From a virus, in IMG/VR virus record IMGVR_UViG_3300045988_079610: a DNA stretch of 64,000 bases; one strand, 5' to 3'. Of this stretch, positions 10,568 to 20,050 are shown in pieces (the stretch's first letter is position 1; every line of letters starts with the position of its first letter). The translations under genes and the position numbers were made by a program. The notes under the pieces are model-generated. The model was not told the origin of the DNA and searched no databases. It saw only the letters and a program-made list of their open reading frames with translations.

Positions 10568-11170
10568 TTATTTACCTGTACTTCCAAAACCACCATCACC
10601 TCTATCAGTTATTCCTAAATCTTCAAGTGTTTTTACTACTTCAAAATTAGTTTGACGATGATGAGGAATTTCAATTTGACCAATAACATCACCAACTTCA
10701 ATCGGAATTACTGCATCTGCTATAGGTCTAAATACAATAAAAATTTCACCACGATAACTTTCATCTACAGTACATGGAGAATTAGCTATTACAAAACCTG
10801 CTTTAGTAATTCTACTATTAGGACGAATAGTTAATGAATCTCTATCTTCAAGAGCTACATGAATACCAGTTCCACATTTAGTTCGACCATCTTCTGTCTT
10901 TTCAATAGAAGTACAAACTACATCACAACAAGCATCAGTAGCATGACCACCAAATCCATTTTCTTTTGAGTTAGCTACATAATGAGCATACTCTGGAATT
11001 TTAGCTGCAACTTTAGGATCAAGCCAAATCTTAACTGGAACAAAATCAATAGCTTGACGAAGAGCTTCTTTAAGTTCTTTTTCAGCTAATTCACGATTGT
11101 CTGGAGTTTCTTTAAAAGCATTAGTATAATTAATAAATGCTTTTGCAATACGATTACTTAATTGACTCAT
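10568..11170 (-). CDS. dut: dUTP diphosphatase (trimeric dUTPase) with N-terminal extension
   Basis: Motif 3 VDESYRGEI and motif 5 RGDGGFGSTGK at the C-terminus. Confidence 0.9.
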   Translation of the reverse strand: MSQLSNRIAKAFINYTNAFKETPDNRELAEKELKEALRQAIDFVPVKIWLDPKVAAKIPEYAHYVANSKENGFGGHATDACCDVVCTSIEKTEDGRTKCGTGIHVALEDRDSLTIRPNSRITKAGFVIANSPCTVDESYRGEIFIVFRPIADAVIPIEVGDVIGQIEIPHHRQTNFEVVKTLEDLGITDRGDGGFGSTGK

Positions 11171-11387
11171 TTTCTATATCATTAAAATTAATATTTAAAA
11201 TTCTAATTATCTCTTCTTTTATTTCAAGTTTATCTTTATATACATTTTCAGGATTATAATTTATACTTCCGTATTGAATTTCATTATCAACATCATTATT
11301 AACAATAGTTCTAAAAGATTCTTCTCCTTCATGTTTTTTATGATAAACATAATCTACAAGTATATCAATATATCTATTATCTATCAT
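11154..11387 (-). CDS. hypothetical protein
   Basis: ORF overlapping both neighbours by a few codons. Confidence 0.55.
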   Translation of the reverse strand: MIDNRYIDILVDYVYHKKHEGEESFRTIVNNDVDNEIQYGSINYNPENVYKDKLEIKEEIIRILNINFNDIENESIK

Positions 11388-11910
11388 TTTTATTTTTATT
11401 TTTAAAATTATAAACTATAGCAGAATATTCATTAACTACATAATGAGTACTATTATTAATTTGTTTAATAGTAGTATTAGCCTGTTCTTTAAATCCTTCA
11501 CAACCAATAGCTTTAATCATACAAGGATTTAATAAATACCAATCTCTACTAGCTTCAACAGTTTCAGGAAGACCTTCAATATCTCTCCATTTAATTATAG
11601 CACCAACATTAACTAGTTCTTTAATAGCTGCATTAATTGTTTTTGGGTCTTTAGTTCTACATATAGGAGAATCAGCTATATTTCTAGAATTAAACTTAAT
11701 GCTAGTCTGACTAGGTAACATAGTTTCGCTAATATAGCAAGCTATATCACAAGCAGTCTTACTACAATATCTGTGAATAATAGTAGAAACAAATTTACCA
11801 GTATCTTTAAATACTTCATAAACTACATCTACTTTAATATCACTTCCTTTAAGTTTATTCTTAGCTTTATGTTCTTCCATAATAGAATTATAATTATTAC
11901 CTCTAATCAT
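11377..11910 (-). CDS. hypothetical protein
   Basis: 177-aa ORF preceded by a 370-nt intergenic region with a hairpin and motif copies. No motif recognised. Confidence 0.65.
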   Translation of the reverse strand: MIRGNNYNSIMEEHKAKNKLKGSDIKVDVVYEVFKDTGKFVSTIIHRYCSKTACDIACYISETMLPSQTSIKFNSRNIADSPICRTKDPKTINAAIKELVNVGAIIKWRDIEGLPETVEASRDWYLLNPCMIKAIGCEGFKEQANTTIKQINNSTHYVVNEYSAIVYNFKNKNKNDR

Positions 11911-11952
11911 AGCTTTAGTACTTTAATTAATATCATACTATAAAAATAGGTA

Positions 11953-11987
11953 TTTTCCCCAAGTTGATAAAATCAAAATGGGGAAAA
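11953..11987 (-). promoter_or_regulatory. leader hairpin upstream of 11377..11910
   Basis: Perfect 9-bp inverted repeat TTTTCCCCA / TGGGGAAAA with a 17-nt loop. Confidence 0.5.
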
Positions 11988-12173
11988 ATGATATTAATTA
12001 AAGTTAAATCGCTATTTAACTTATTGATTATCAAGTAGTTATAAACTATCTATATATATATATAATATAGCATTACTTTTACTGATAACTATTACAAACA
12101 TACTCATTATCTTTAAAACTAGCAATATTATCAATAGAATAATTACTATAATAAAGATAATTTAATAATTCAG

Positions 12174-12194
12174 CCTCTCTACGGGGGGTTTCTA
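12174..12194 (+). repeat. GC-motif copy 3 (intergenic)
   Basis: CCTCTCTACGGGGGGTTTCTA. Confidence 0.85.
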
Positions 12195-12257
12195 GTTTAT
12201 CTAGTACTTCTAAAACTTCTAATGACATTATTAGACATATTAGTACTAAGATTAGTA

Positions 12258-12278
12258 TATCCCGCCCGTAGGAAGACT
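12258..12278 (-). repeat. GC-motif copy 4 (intergenic, inverted partner of copy 3)
   Basis: + strand TATCCCGCCCGTAGGAAGACT, 63 nt from copy 3. Confidence 0.85.
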
Positions 12279-12283
12279 TGAGA

Positions 12284-12574
12284 TTATTTTATTAACTTAT
12301 TTAGTTTATCTTCAACATAATTAAGCCAATCTTTAGCTGCAACATAATTATCAAATACTAATGATTCAGGAATACAAGGAAGAATATTGTCATCATCAGT
12401 TTTAATTCCATAAGCAACAGTTTGATATTGTTCTGTTTTAACTAGTTGAAATTGAACTACTATACCATAAGCAAATTCTCCTTTAACATGGTCAAAGAAT
12501 AGAACTTGTCTTCCAACATCATACTGAGGGATTTTTATTCCCTCAGTATCATTATTATTAAAATTAACTTGCAT
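12284..12574 (-). CDS. hypothetical protein
   Basis: 96-aa ORF. An 8-bp GC-rich hairpin (CTGAGGGA/TCCCTCAG) lies in its 5' part. Confidence 0.6.
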   Translation of the reverse strand: MQVNFNNNDTEGIKIPQYDVGRQVLFFDHVKGEFAYGIVVQFQLVKTEQYQTVAYGIKTDDDNILPCIPESLVFDNYVAAKDWLNYVEDKLNKLIK

Positions 12575-13619
12575 AGGCTATAGCATTATTAAGAGCTTTA
12601 TTCATATTATTATTAGCAGAACCCCAAACAAGAGAGTTCATTCTCTTTTCTCCTTCAAGATTTGCAACATTACAATAAAAGCCAGTAACGGCATTATAAG
12701 CGCCCCAAGCAGTACCATAAATATCTTTCTGACCAATACCATCATTATAATAATTAAACATATTAGAAAGAATATTAGCTTTTCTAGTAGATATTTCAGT
12801 TGCTTCAAGAAGTCTATAATCTCTATTAATAAGACGTTTAAAACCTGTTTTATTGTCATATTGCATTATTTTTTGAATTTCAGCAGGAGTTAATTGAAGA
12901 TTACAAAGATATTCATAAACTTGTTCATCTTTCATAGTAACTTTAGCTAATTTTCTATACATTTCTTGAGCATCAAGAGCGTGTTCACAAGCAACTTTAA
13001 GAACTTGTGCTCCTAATTCAAGTTTTTCTTTTACAGATTTAGTATGACGAAGACGAATATGACAATCAGCTTTATTTATAGCACCATTAAGCATATTAGT
13101 ACATATAACTCTTACAGGTGTAATCATAATATCAACAGATGAATTACCATCATGTCCATTACTAAATATAAGATAATTATCTACTACATCATTACTATTA
13201 GCTACAGAAGTTTGTACAGGAAGTTTAACACTAACATAAACTTTTTCACCAAAGTTAAGACAAGCAGCTTTATCCCACTTAGCAAGATTTTCACCAATAG
13301 CATTATTGAAGAAATTAAAAGCATCCATATTTTGAACAACTTCATATTTTTCTTTAACTAATCCTAAAGGATAATTATTATCTGTACGATAAGTAGCATA
13401 AGCATTATTCATTTCTCTATAAATGTTTCCATCATGTTGAAATGCACAATCATCTATATTATTATTTCCATTAATTCTAAATGGCATTTTAGCTACTAAT
13501 TCACATTTAGCTACAGACCAATCAAGTCCAGCTTTAGTCATAACTTCTTGAGCAGTTTGACAATCAGAAACGTCTTTACCTAAAGCCCAAGGAAGACCAC
13601 CAGTATTATATTTACTCAT
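12564..13619 (-). CDS. DUF932-like (phage/plasmid-related) protein
   Basis: N-terminus GGLPWALGKDV...AGLDWSVAK resembles the DUF932/TIGR03299 family as I recall it. Not searchable here. Confidence 0.5.
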   Translation of the reverse strand: MSKYNTGGLPWALGKDVSDCQTAQEVMTKAGLDWSVAKCELVAKMPFRINGNNNIDDCAFQHDGNIYREMNNAYATYRTDNNYPLGLVKEKYEVVQNMDAFNFFNNAIGENLAKWDKAACLNFGEKVYVSVKLPVQTSVANSNDVVDNYLIFSNGHDGNSSVDIMITPVRVICTNMLNGAINKADCHIRLRHTKSVKEKLELGAQVLKVACEHALDAQEMYRKLAKVTMKDEQVYEYLCNLQLTPAEIQKIMQYDNKTGFKRLINRDYRLLEATEISTRKANILSNMFNYYNDGIGQKDIYGTAWGAYNAVTGFYCNVANLEGEKRMNSLVWGSANNNMNKALNNAIAYAS

Positions 13620-13629
13620 AATTCTTTAT

Positions 13630-14079
13630 TTAAAATATTAAACCATATCCTTCTTTATATCTATCAAATGTTTTTAGAACAATAGAAATAGGAATTTGTT
13701 CATCTTCAGGAAGAGAAGCATTTCTTTTTTCTATTCTAGTAACACATTCAGTAAGAGGAGTATTAAATAATTTATATATAATATCAGCTTTACTATCAAC
13801 ATTAAGAACTAATTGTTTTATATGTTCAAGAGTTTTAAGATTGAGATTCATATCATCAATTACAACCTCAAATCCTCTAACCATTGCATAAGTAATAGCT
13901 TTATCTTCAATTTCATTACATAATTCTTCTCTTTCAAGAACCCAATATTTACCAATCATTTTACGAATAGAATCACGACTAATTCTAACTCGTTTAGTTG
14001 ATTCTTTATTAACATAATCCAAAGCCCAGGTAGATTTACCTGAGCCTTGAATACCTTGACAAATAATTACTTTACTCAT
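13630..14079 (-). CDS. P-loop kinase (polynucleotide/nucleotide kinase-like)
   Basis: N-terminal Walker A VIICQGIQGSGKSTWA, about 150 aa, resembles the T4 Pnk kinase domain. Confidence 0.6.
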   Translation of the reverse strand: MSKVIICQGIQGSGKSTWALDYVNKESTKRVRISRDSIRKMIGKYWVLEREELCNEIEDKAITYAMVRGFEVVIDDMNLNLKTLEHIKQLVLNVDSKADIIYKLFNTPLTECVTRIEKRNASLPEDEQIPISIVLKTFDRYKEGYGLIF

Positions 14080-14326
14080 CTTCTATATCTTCTTTTGGTT
14101 TATAATTAGGATTTAAATCATCAATATTATAAGTATATTTATAAACTTTATCTATAAATTTTTCAATACTTACAATATGTTGTCCTAATTCTTCGCCATT
14201 ATATTTTAAATAACTAGCAGAATTTGTAGCATCTACTAAATTTTCGCCAATAATATTGAATTGAAGTTTAGTTTTATCTTCTTTTACAATGTCAGTTTTA
14301 ACAGTATATACAGCAATAGTATCCAT
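14072..14326 (-). CDS. hypothetical protein
   Basis: 84-aa ORF in the packed array. Confidence 0.55.
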   Translation of the reverse strand: MDTIAVYTVKTDIVKEDKTKLQFNIIGENLVDATNSASYLKYNGEELGQHIVSIEKFIDKVYKYTYNIDDLNPNYKPKEDIEDE

Positions 14327-14327
14327 A

Positions 14328-15092
14328 TTATCTTATATTTAAATTTTCATTAGTAACAACTTTTCCGATATTAGAAGTACAACCTTCTTCTACAATTTTA
14401 GTTTTAAGAGTCTTCTTATCAACAGTAGGTTTAAAATCCCAATTATTAGGACTAGTATGACCTACTTGTTCCATAAGTTTATAACCTTCACCATTAAGAA
14501 GTTTAGCAGCAGATACAGGAATTGTAACATTAATTGTAATATCATCTAAATCTTCAATTTCTACTTCACCAGCAGCTATATTATTTTCTGCAACAGCAGT
14601 TTGCTGGATAGAATCAAGAAGACTATTAATATCTACAGAATCATTACATTGTAATGTATTCATAAATATACCATTAGCAAATACTCCTTTAAGAGTTTCA
14701 GTTATATGATCGATTTTATTACTATCAACTTCAACAGAAACAGAAGGACGAATACTAACTTTACCAGTACCCCAATCAAAGAACTTCTTACCTTTCTTAT
14801 CTTCTTTACCAAAAGTATTAATTGCATAAAGAACAAGATTAGTAAGAGATTTTATAGTATTATCTTTACTCTTATCTAAAGCTGCAAGTCTATCTTTTTC
14901 TGCTTTAATAGCAGCTTTATCAACTTTAAGCTTATTGATGTACTCAACATAATTCTTAACTTTAGAAGTTACTTCTTCTTCATTAAGTTTAAGTTTTTCT
15001 TCAATCTCAGGAGTAAGTTCACCACCATTTTCTTCGAGTTCTTCAAATATATCAAGAAGTTCTCTATCAATATCAAATATACTTTTTCCCAT
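14328..15092 (-). CDS. hypothetical protein with acidic coiled-coil N-terminus
   Basis: DIDRELLDIFEELEENGGELTPEIEEKLKL. The resemblance to Gp157-type proteins is only an impression. Confidence 0.6.
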   Translation of the reverse strand: MGKSIFDIDRELLDIFEELEENGGELTPEIEEKLKLNEEEVTSKVKNYVEYINKLKVDKAAIKAEKDRLAALDKSKDNTIKSLTNLVLYAINTFGKEDKKGKKFFDWGTGKVSIRPSVSVEVDSNKIDHITETLKGVFANGIFMNTLQCNDSVDINSLLDSIQQTAVAENNIAAGEVEIEDLDDITINVTIPVSAAKLLNGEGYKLMEQVGHTSPNNWDFKPTVDKKTLKTKIVEEGCTSNIGKVVTNENLNIR

Positions 15093-15098
15093 AATTAA

Positions 15099-15308
15099 TT
15101 ATTTACCAGTTCTAACACCTCTACTATCTACTAAATAATCAGCATTAGTAGCAACAAATTTAATTCTAATTTTACCACAATTATTACAACGAGAAACAAT
15201 ATTAATTCCTACAGTTGTATCAGTAGAATCTTTAACTTCTACTTCTTTATAAACTTCATAATGATGAAGTCCAATAAAACATTGTTTATTTAGTCCCATA
15301 TTAAACAT
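15099..15308 (-). CDS. small Cys-containing protein (possible zinc ribbon)
   Basis: CFIGLHH...CNNCGK. Confidence 0.5.
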   Translation of the reverse strand: MFNMGLNKQCFIGLHHYEVYKEVEVKDSTDTTVGINIVSRCNNCGKIRIKFVATNADYLVDSRGVRTGK

Positions 15309-15870
15309 AATCTAAAAGTAAAACACGTTCATTATCTTCACTATAACCATAATGTCTTTGTTTAGCATAACTATTATAATGTTTTGCAAACCATTTGCAA
15401 CCTAATAAATATTGATACCATGTAGCACTAACACTAGCATGATATTCTTTAACTTTAATAAGAGGTTTATAATGTTCTTTCCAATCCCAATAAGTAATAG
15501 CAGAATCTATATTAACATTAAAATCTCTTCTTATAAGAGCTATATAATCTCTGAAAATTTCAATTCTTTTATTAACATAATTGGGTTTAGTTCTTTGGTC
15601 AAATATAATCCTTATAGGGCATTTATTATTTCCAAACCAATTCCAAACATAATTGCTTACTTTACCATAATCAACTTTATTATGAACAAAATGCCATTCA
15701 TAATCATTATACGAATTAATATAAAGATTAATACGAATATCAAAATATTCAACACCATCTCTATATTGTTCTTCAAGAGTTTTATCTTGGCATTTATTCC
15801 AAAGTCTTGTTATCTTCCCCCAAAGATTTTTAGGAGGAAGATAACTTAAAGTATTATGACTACCTATCAT
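15301..15870 (-). CDS. PLC-like phosphodiesterase domain protein (tentative)
   Basis: IGSHNTLSY...QDKTLEEQYRDGVEYFDIRI resembles the PI-PLC X-domain signature (GxHxS ... QL..G.RyfD.R). Confidence 0.45.
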   Translation of the reverse strand: MIGSHNTLSYLPPKNLWGKITRLWNKCQDKTLEEQYRDGVEYFDIRINLYINSYNDYEWHFVHNKVDYGKVSNYVWNWFGNNKCPIRIIFDQRTKPNYVNKRIEIFRDYIALIRRDFNVNIDSAITYWDWKEHYKPLIKVKEYHASVSATWYQYLLGCKWFAKHYNSYAKQRHYGYSEDNERVLLLDYV

Positions 15871-16079
15871 AGTGGCATATCTATTATAGTTTGTGTATTA
15901 CCATCATAAATTTCAGGAGCATCATCTGTTATCATATAAGATATATTATTTGGATTATAACCTTCTTTAGATAACCAATAATCAACAACTTCATTTTCAG
16001 TAGGAGCAATATTTTCATATTCACTAATATCGTGAATTTCAATTTGACCTGAATTATAATTTAAAATACTTATCCACAT
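15867..16079 (-). CDS. hypothetical protein
   Basis: 70-aa ORF. TGA stop in an ATGA overlap with the next gene. Confidence 0.55.
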   Translation of the reverse strand: MWISILNYNSGQIEIHDISEYENIAPTENEVVDYWLSKEGYNPNNISYMITDDAPEIYDGNTQTIIDMPL

Positions 16080-16081
16080 AG

Positions 16082-17032
16082 TTATTTATTTATAAGTTTA
16101 ACTAATTTATCACCAAGTTCTTTCGTACAAGGATGAACTTTACCACTAACTTCATTACTACGTAAATCAATCCAATGTTTCCAATCATCAACAAAAGCAG
16201 TATGAACTACTTGAGTTTTAGTATTAAGAGGAAGAATTTCTCTAGCTTGTTGAGCAGTCCAACCAAATTCAATACATTTACAATATACAAGATTTGCTAT
16301 TTGAAGACCATAAAGAAACCAATCTATAGCATTCCAATTTACAGTATATTTATCAGGAATTATATCATCATAATAAATTTCATCATCGTCATAGAAACCA
16401 ACATTATAATTACTAATATTATCAGTATCAGAATCTGGAATCCAAGGAAGTTTAGCAACACTTATATTATTACCAAATTTATCAGCATTATAACGACAAT
16501 AACGAGTAGATTCTTCACTAATACTATGGCAACGATGTCTATTAAGTTCACGACTAGCACCAATATCTGTTATAAAATTAACAGTTATTCTATCATCATA
16601 ATAAGGACAATTAGGTGTATTATCTATAAATTCAAGTTCGTCCATCCAATGATGTTCAATAAGAACTCTCATATTAGTAGTTACATAAATATAACCTTCA
16701 TGTTCTTTAGTTCTACTATAATTATTGTGAATAAATCTGGTAGCTTGAGCAGCAGATCTAGCTATAAATAGAGGACATTTAAGATGAACTGTTCCATGTT
16801 CACATACACTAAGATGAGTTTTAAGTACATCATCATCAGTATAAGGTTGATTAAGAAAATCAATTCCTCTAAATAGAGTTCTAACTAAAAAATCATAATC
16901 ATTTTCATTATTATCTTTTGGAATACTTTGATAACAAACTCTAGCACAACGAGCTATATGTTTCCAAATAGCATCAAGAGTATAACCTTCTTGTCTCCAA
17001 ATTTCAACATTAGGATTTACAACTTTAATCAT
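16082..17032 (-). CDS. thyX: FAD-dependent thymidylate synthase ThyX
   Basis: Exact ThyX signature RHRCHSISEESTR (RHRxxSxxxxSxR). I prefer the ATG at 17032 (MIKVVNP), 1 nt from the upstream stop. The track ORF extends to 17095. Confidence 0.9.
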   Translation of the reverse strand: MIKVVNPNVEIWRQEGYTLDAIWKHIARCARVCYQSIPKDNNENDYDFLVRTLFRGIDFLNQPYTDDDVLKTHLSVCEHGTVHLKCPLFIARSAAQATRFIHNNYSRTKEHEGYIYVTTNMRVLIEHHWMDELEFIDNTPNCPYYDDRITVNFITDIGASRELNRHRCHSISEESTRYCRYNADKFGNNISVAKLPWIPDSDTDNISNYNVGFYDDDEIYYDDIIPDKYTVNWNAIDWFLYGLQIANLVYCKCIEFGWTAQQAREILPLNTKTQVVHTAFVDDWKHWIDLRSNEVSGKVHPCTKELGDKLVKLINK

Positions 17033-17033
17033 A

Positions 17034-17675
17034 TTATTTACTTTTATGTTTAACAAACTCTTTTCTAGAAGCATAATCTTCAGGAGACATAGCAATTACA
17101 TTTTCTTTATGTTCACTAGTAACAGGAATTTCTTTATTATCAGCGGATAAATTATATACATATCCATCTTTATCTTTACAAAGATGCTCAAAACCATAAG
17201 CATCTATAATTTCAAAAGTAACATCTTTTCTACTAGTTTCTTCAATAAGAATTAATTTACTTGTCTTAACAAGAGTAGAAATATCAATAAAAGATGTTTC
17301 TAGCTCCCCCGTAGAAGGTATCGTAGGTTCACCTTCTAACCAAGCTAATAACATATTGCAATAATTACCTAAATCTTGAATAGTATCAAACATAGTTTCA
17401 TCTTCAACATTAGGATTATTATAACCATTAAAATCTTCTTCTATAAAATGAATCAAACGATTAAGTTTATCATACATTCTAGCTAGACCATATCTATAGC
17501 CTAATTTATTACAACCTTTATTGAAAGCATTATCGTAATCAGCATTTTTTTTAGCCATAAGATTAAGCATCTTATTTTGCTGGTCACGTAAAGCAACAAC
17601 TTCAGGAGTAATAAGTTCTTTTGGAACTACTCCATTAAGAGCAGCTTTCCAATAATTTAAATCATTTTCTGTCAT
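17034..17675 (-). CDS. two-domain protein, N-terminal DUF1599-like domain (tentative)
   Basis: KKNADYDNAF...GLARMYDKLNRL resembles DUF1599 as recalled. GC-motif copy 5 lies in the mid-protein linker. Confidence 0.45.
   Translation of the reverse strand: MTENDLNYWKAALNGVVPKELITPEVVALRDQQNKMLNLMAKKNADYDNAFNKGCNKLGYRYGLARMYDKLNRLIHFIEEDFNGYNNPNVEDETMFDTIQDLGNYCNMLLAWLEGEPTIPSTGELETSFIDISTLVKTSKLILIEETSRKDVTFEIIDAYGFEHLCKDKDGYVYNLSADNKEIPVTSEHKENVIAMSPEDYASRKEFVKHKSK
17301..17321 (-). repeat. GC-motif copy 5 (coding)
   Basis: + strand TAGCTCCCCCGTAGAAGGTAT, read as P-S-T-G-E-L. Confidence 0.8.
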
Positions 17676-17680
17676 AATTA

Positions 17681-18163
17681 TTATTTTATATAAATAGGAT
17701 TTGTTATAAGACCTTTAGTTAAACACCATTTAAAAGCATTTCTAATAGCTTGTTCTGGAGTAATACTACTAATATATTGTATAGTATCTCCTTCTTCACT
17801 TATCCAATCAATTCCATATTGGTCTTCAAAATAATAAAGATGAGGAATATAACCACAATCTTTTTCACATACTACAAAATTATCAAATTTTTCTTTTATT
17901 GTAATACATGGAAGTTGCATAAATAATAGAAATTCATCAGCAGCTTCAAAATCAGTTTTTAGATGTATATGAAGTCTTCCTTGAGGATCTCCTACAACAT
18001 CTGTTATAGGAAACATTTCTCTTTCTAATAATTCACTAGGAATTTCATGAGCCATTCCTTTATAAATACTAACTGAATAATGAGAATCTTTTGGGTCTGT
18101 TTCTTCAAGCACAACTAAAGCATTATGAGAAACAGCCGTATCAATAGCATTTTTTAATTTCAT
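17681..18163 (-). CDS. hypothetical protein
   Basis: 160-aa ORF. Confidence 0.65.
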   Translation of the reverse strand: MKLKNAIDTAVSHNALVVLEETDPKDSHYSVSIYKGMAHEIPSELLEREMFPITDVVGDPQGRLHIHLKTDFEAADEFLLFMQLPCITIKEKFDNFVVCEKDCGYIPHLYYFEDQYGIDWISEEGDTIQYISSITPEQAIRNAFKWCLTKGLITNPIYIK

Positions 18164-18181
18164 AATTGTTATTTTATTAAA

Positions 18182-19648
18182 TTAAATATCAACTGTTCCT
18201 ATAGCCTTAATAGTTTTTACATTAGATACATGAATTAAATGATTTTCCATACATTCAGCAGTAGTTTTATCTAGAGGAAAACTAAGTTGATCTTGTAGAT
18301 TATAATATCTAGCAAAATCTTTAATATCATCAAACCAAAGAGTATGACAACCTATTTTAAAATACCATTCTTTATATCCTAAAGTGTTTGGTATATCAAA
18401 AGAAGCAATATTATCTGTAATTTTATCAATATAAGCACATTCTGTGACAATAAATGAACCAATTTTAAATTCATTATTTTTAAATTCAAATTTAGTTTTA
18501 CCACTAAGAATGTAATTAGTATATAATTGATTAAATACTCTAATAGCAGCATCGAGAGGAACTAAAGCACCACGACTAGTTTCAACCCAATTAGGTCTAC
18601 TAGGTTTAGTTCTAAGCTGAGTATTATTAAATTTACATTGTAAGACACGACGTATAGGAGTAATAGTTCTTTTCTTTTCATTGACATAATAATCAATATA
18701 TGAAATATTATTAGAATTATTTCCTTTTCTCCAATAATCAATATTATTATTTGAATCAATTAAAGCAGCTTTATGATTAGCTTCAGCTTTAATATTATAT
18801 TTTTCTACTCTTTCAAGAAAAGCTTTATAATCAGCTTTATCTTTAGCTTCTATTTCTGCAATACATCCATCAGACCATTTTTTGTTAAGTTCTTTCCAAC
18901 TAATTCCTTTACAATAACAGAACTTTGTATAGAACTTACATTTCTTAATATGAAGTTTTTGTTCATCAGTAAACAAATTATCATTAAGAATATCTTTTAT
19001 AGAAGGAAATGGAACTTTAAAATTACCAACATAAATATCTTTATTTGATAAACGTTTAACTTTAGGAACAAACCTATATTTATCACTTAAATATTTCAAC
19101 AAATTAAAATATTTAGTTCTATTATAAGTTGTATAACTTGCATCAGGAATATATTTACTTATACTATTAAGTACTTTATATTCATTATAAAAAGTTTCAA
19201 TATATTGTTTAATAATATATTTTATATATGTATTAATAAGTACCTTTTTATTTTTTGTTTCAGTTATATCATAAATTGGAATGGCTTCATCAGTTTTATA
19301 AATACTATAACCACTAGGAAGACCTCTTTCAATATCCCAAGCATATTCAGTATCTACTTTAATTATAGCTATCTTACGTTTACGGTCAATAATTGCCATG
19401 CAATGATTTTTAAGAGAACCATACCAACCAGCTTCGTCCCAATGTTCTTTAATATATTCAGGAGTAATTTGTTCAGCTAAACTACTTCCTCTATGAAAGA
19501 AATAACCATAACCAAAACAATAAGGATGACGATTACTTTCAAACCAGCCAGGTTCATCACGATGAATACCTTCGTGAATACCTTCATGTTGACAAAATAT
19601 ATGTTTAATTCTTTTCTTAGGTTCAGCACCTACTTTACTTTTAACCAT
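18182..19648 (-). CDS. hypothetical protein (488 aa)
   Basis: Long ORF with typical codon bias. No motif recognised. Confidence 0.75.
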   Translation of the reverse strand: MVKSKVGAEPKKRIKHIFCQHEGIHEGIHRDEPGWFESNRHPYCFGYGYFFHRGSSLAEQITPEYIKEHWDEAGWYGSLKNHCMAIIDRKRKIAIIKVDTEYAWDIERGLPSGYSIYKTDEAIPIYDITETKNKKVLINTYIKYIIKQYIETFYNEYKVLNSISKYIPDASYTTYNRTKYFNLLKYLSDKYRFVPKVKRLSNKDIYVGNFKVPFPSIKDILNDNLFTDEQKLHIKKCKFYTKFCYCKGISWKELNKKWSDGCIAEIEAKDKADYKAFLERVEKYNIKAEANHKAALIDSNNNIDYWRKGNNSNNISYIDYYVNEKKRTITPIRRVLQCKFNNTQLRTKPSRPNWVETSRGALVPLDAAIRVFNQLYTNYILSGKTKFEFKNNEFKIGSFIVTECAYIDKITDNIASFDIPNTLGYKEWYFKIGCHTLWFDDIKDFARYYNLQDQLSFPLDKTTAECMENHLIHVSNVKTIKAIGTVDI

Positions 19649-19658
19649 AGTTTTAATA

Positions 19659-19772
19659 TTATAAGTTAATAAACTTTAGATATATTGATAACTTAATTAG
19701 TAATTCGATTAGTATTAATAAAATAAATACTATCGGTACACCTATTATTATTAATAGTTTTATTTTTTTCAT
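19659..19772 (-). CDS. small single-pass membrane peptide (37 aa)
   Basis: MKKIKLLIIIGVPIVFILLIL.... The ATG immediately follows the in-frame TGA of the upstream mini-ORF. A-ending codons are atypical. Confidence 0.3.
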   Translation of the reverse strand: MKKIKLLIIIGVPIVFILLILIELLIKLSIYLKFINL

Positions 19773-19907
19773 TCATAAAATATTATGTTTAATTGCGAAA
19801 TAAATAAACATTAAAATTCCTATAATAATATATGGAAGAGCAAGCATTAAACAACCTGTTCCACAACCATTCATAGGGTCTTCTTCAGCAGAATTATAAT
19901 TACTCAT
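19773..19907 (-). CDS. small membrane protein (44 aa)
   Basis: MSNYNSAEEDPMNGCGTGCLMLALPYIIIGILMFIYF. The AT-rich leader element ends 2 nt before the ATG. Confidence 0.45.
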   Translation of the reverse strand: MSNYNSAEEDPMNGCGTGCLMLALPYIIIGILMFIYFAIKHNIL

Positions 19908-19909
19908 TT

Positions 19910-19928
19910 TTATTTAATATTTTAAATT
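19910..19928 (-). repeat. AT-rich leader element copy a
   Basis: + strand TTATTTAATATTTTAAATT, directly upstream of ATG 19907. Confidence 0.6.
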
Positions 19929-19940
19929 CTTGTTTGTTCA

Positions 19941-19948
19941 CAAATATA
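19941..19948 (-). promoter_or_regulatory. possible Bacteroidota -7 box (TATATTTG)
   Basis: Perfect TAnnTTTG 34 nt upstream of ATG 19907. The octamer is frequent by chance in AT-rich DNA. Confidence 0.3.
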
Positions 19949-20021
19949 ATCGTTTCTGATTAATTATATTGCGGACATAATAAAACCGCTCACGTAAAAG
20001 AAAAACTGCATAAATGCGAAT

Positions 20022-20047
20022 ATTTCCTACGGGGCGGTTATAGTGAC
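20022..20047 (+). repeat. GC-motif copy 6 (gene boundary, TATAGTGAC tail)
   Basis: ATTTCCTACGGGGCGGTTATAGTGAC, ending 4 nt from the stop of 20051..20401. Confidence 0.85.
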
Positions 20048-20050
20048 AAT

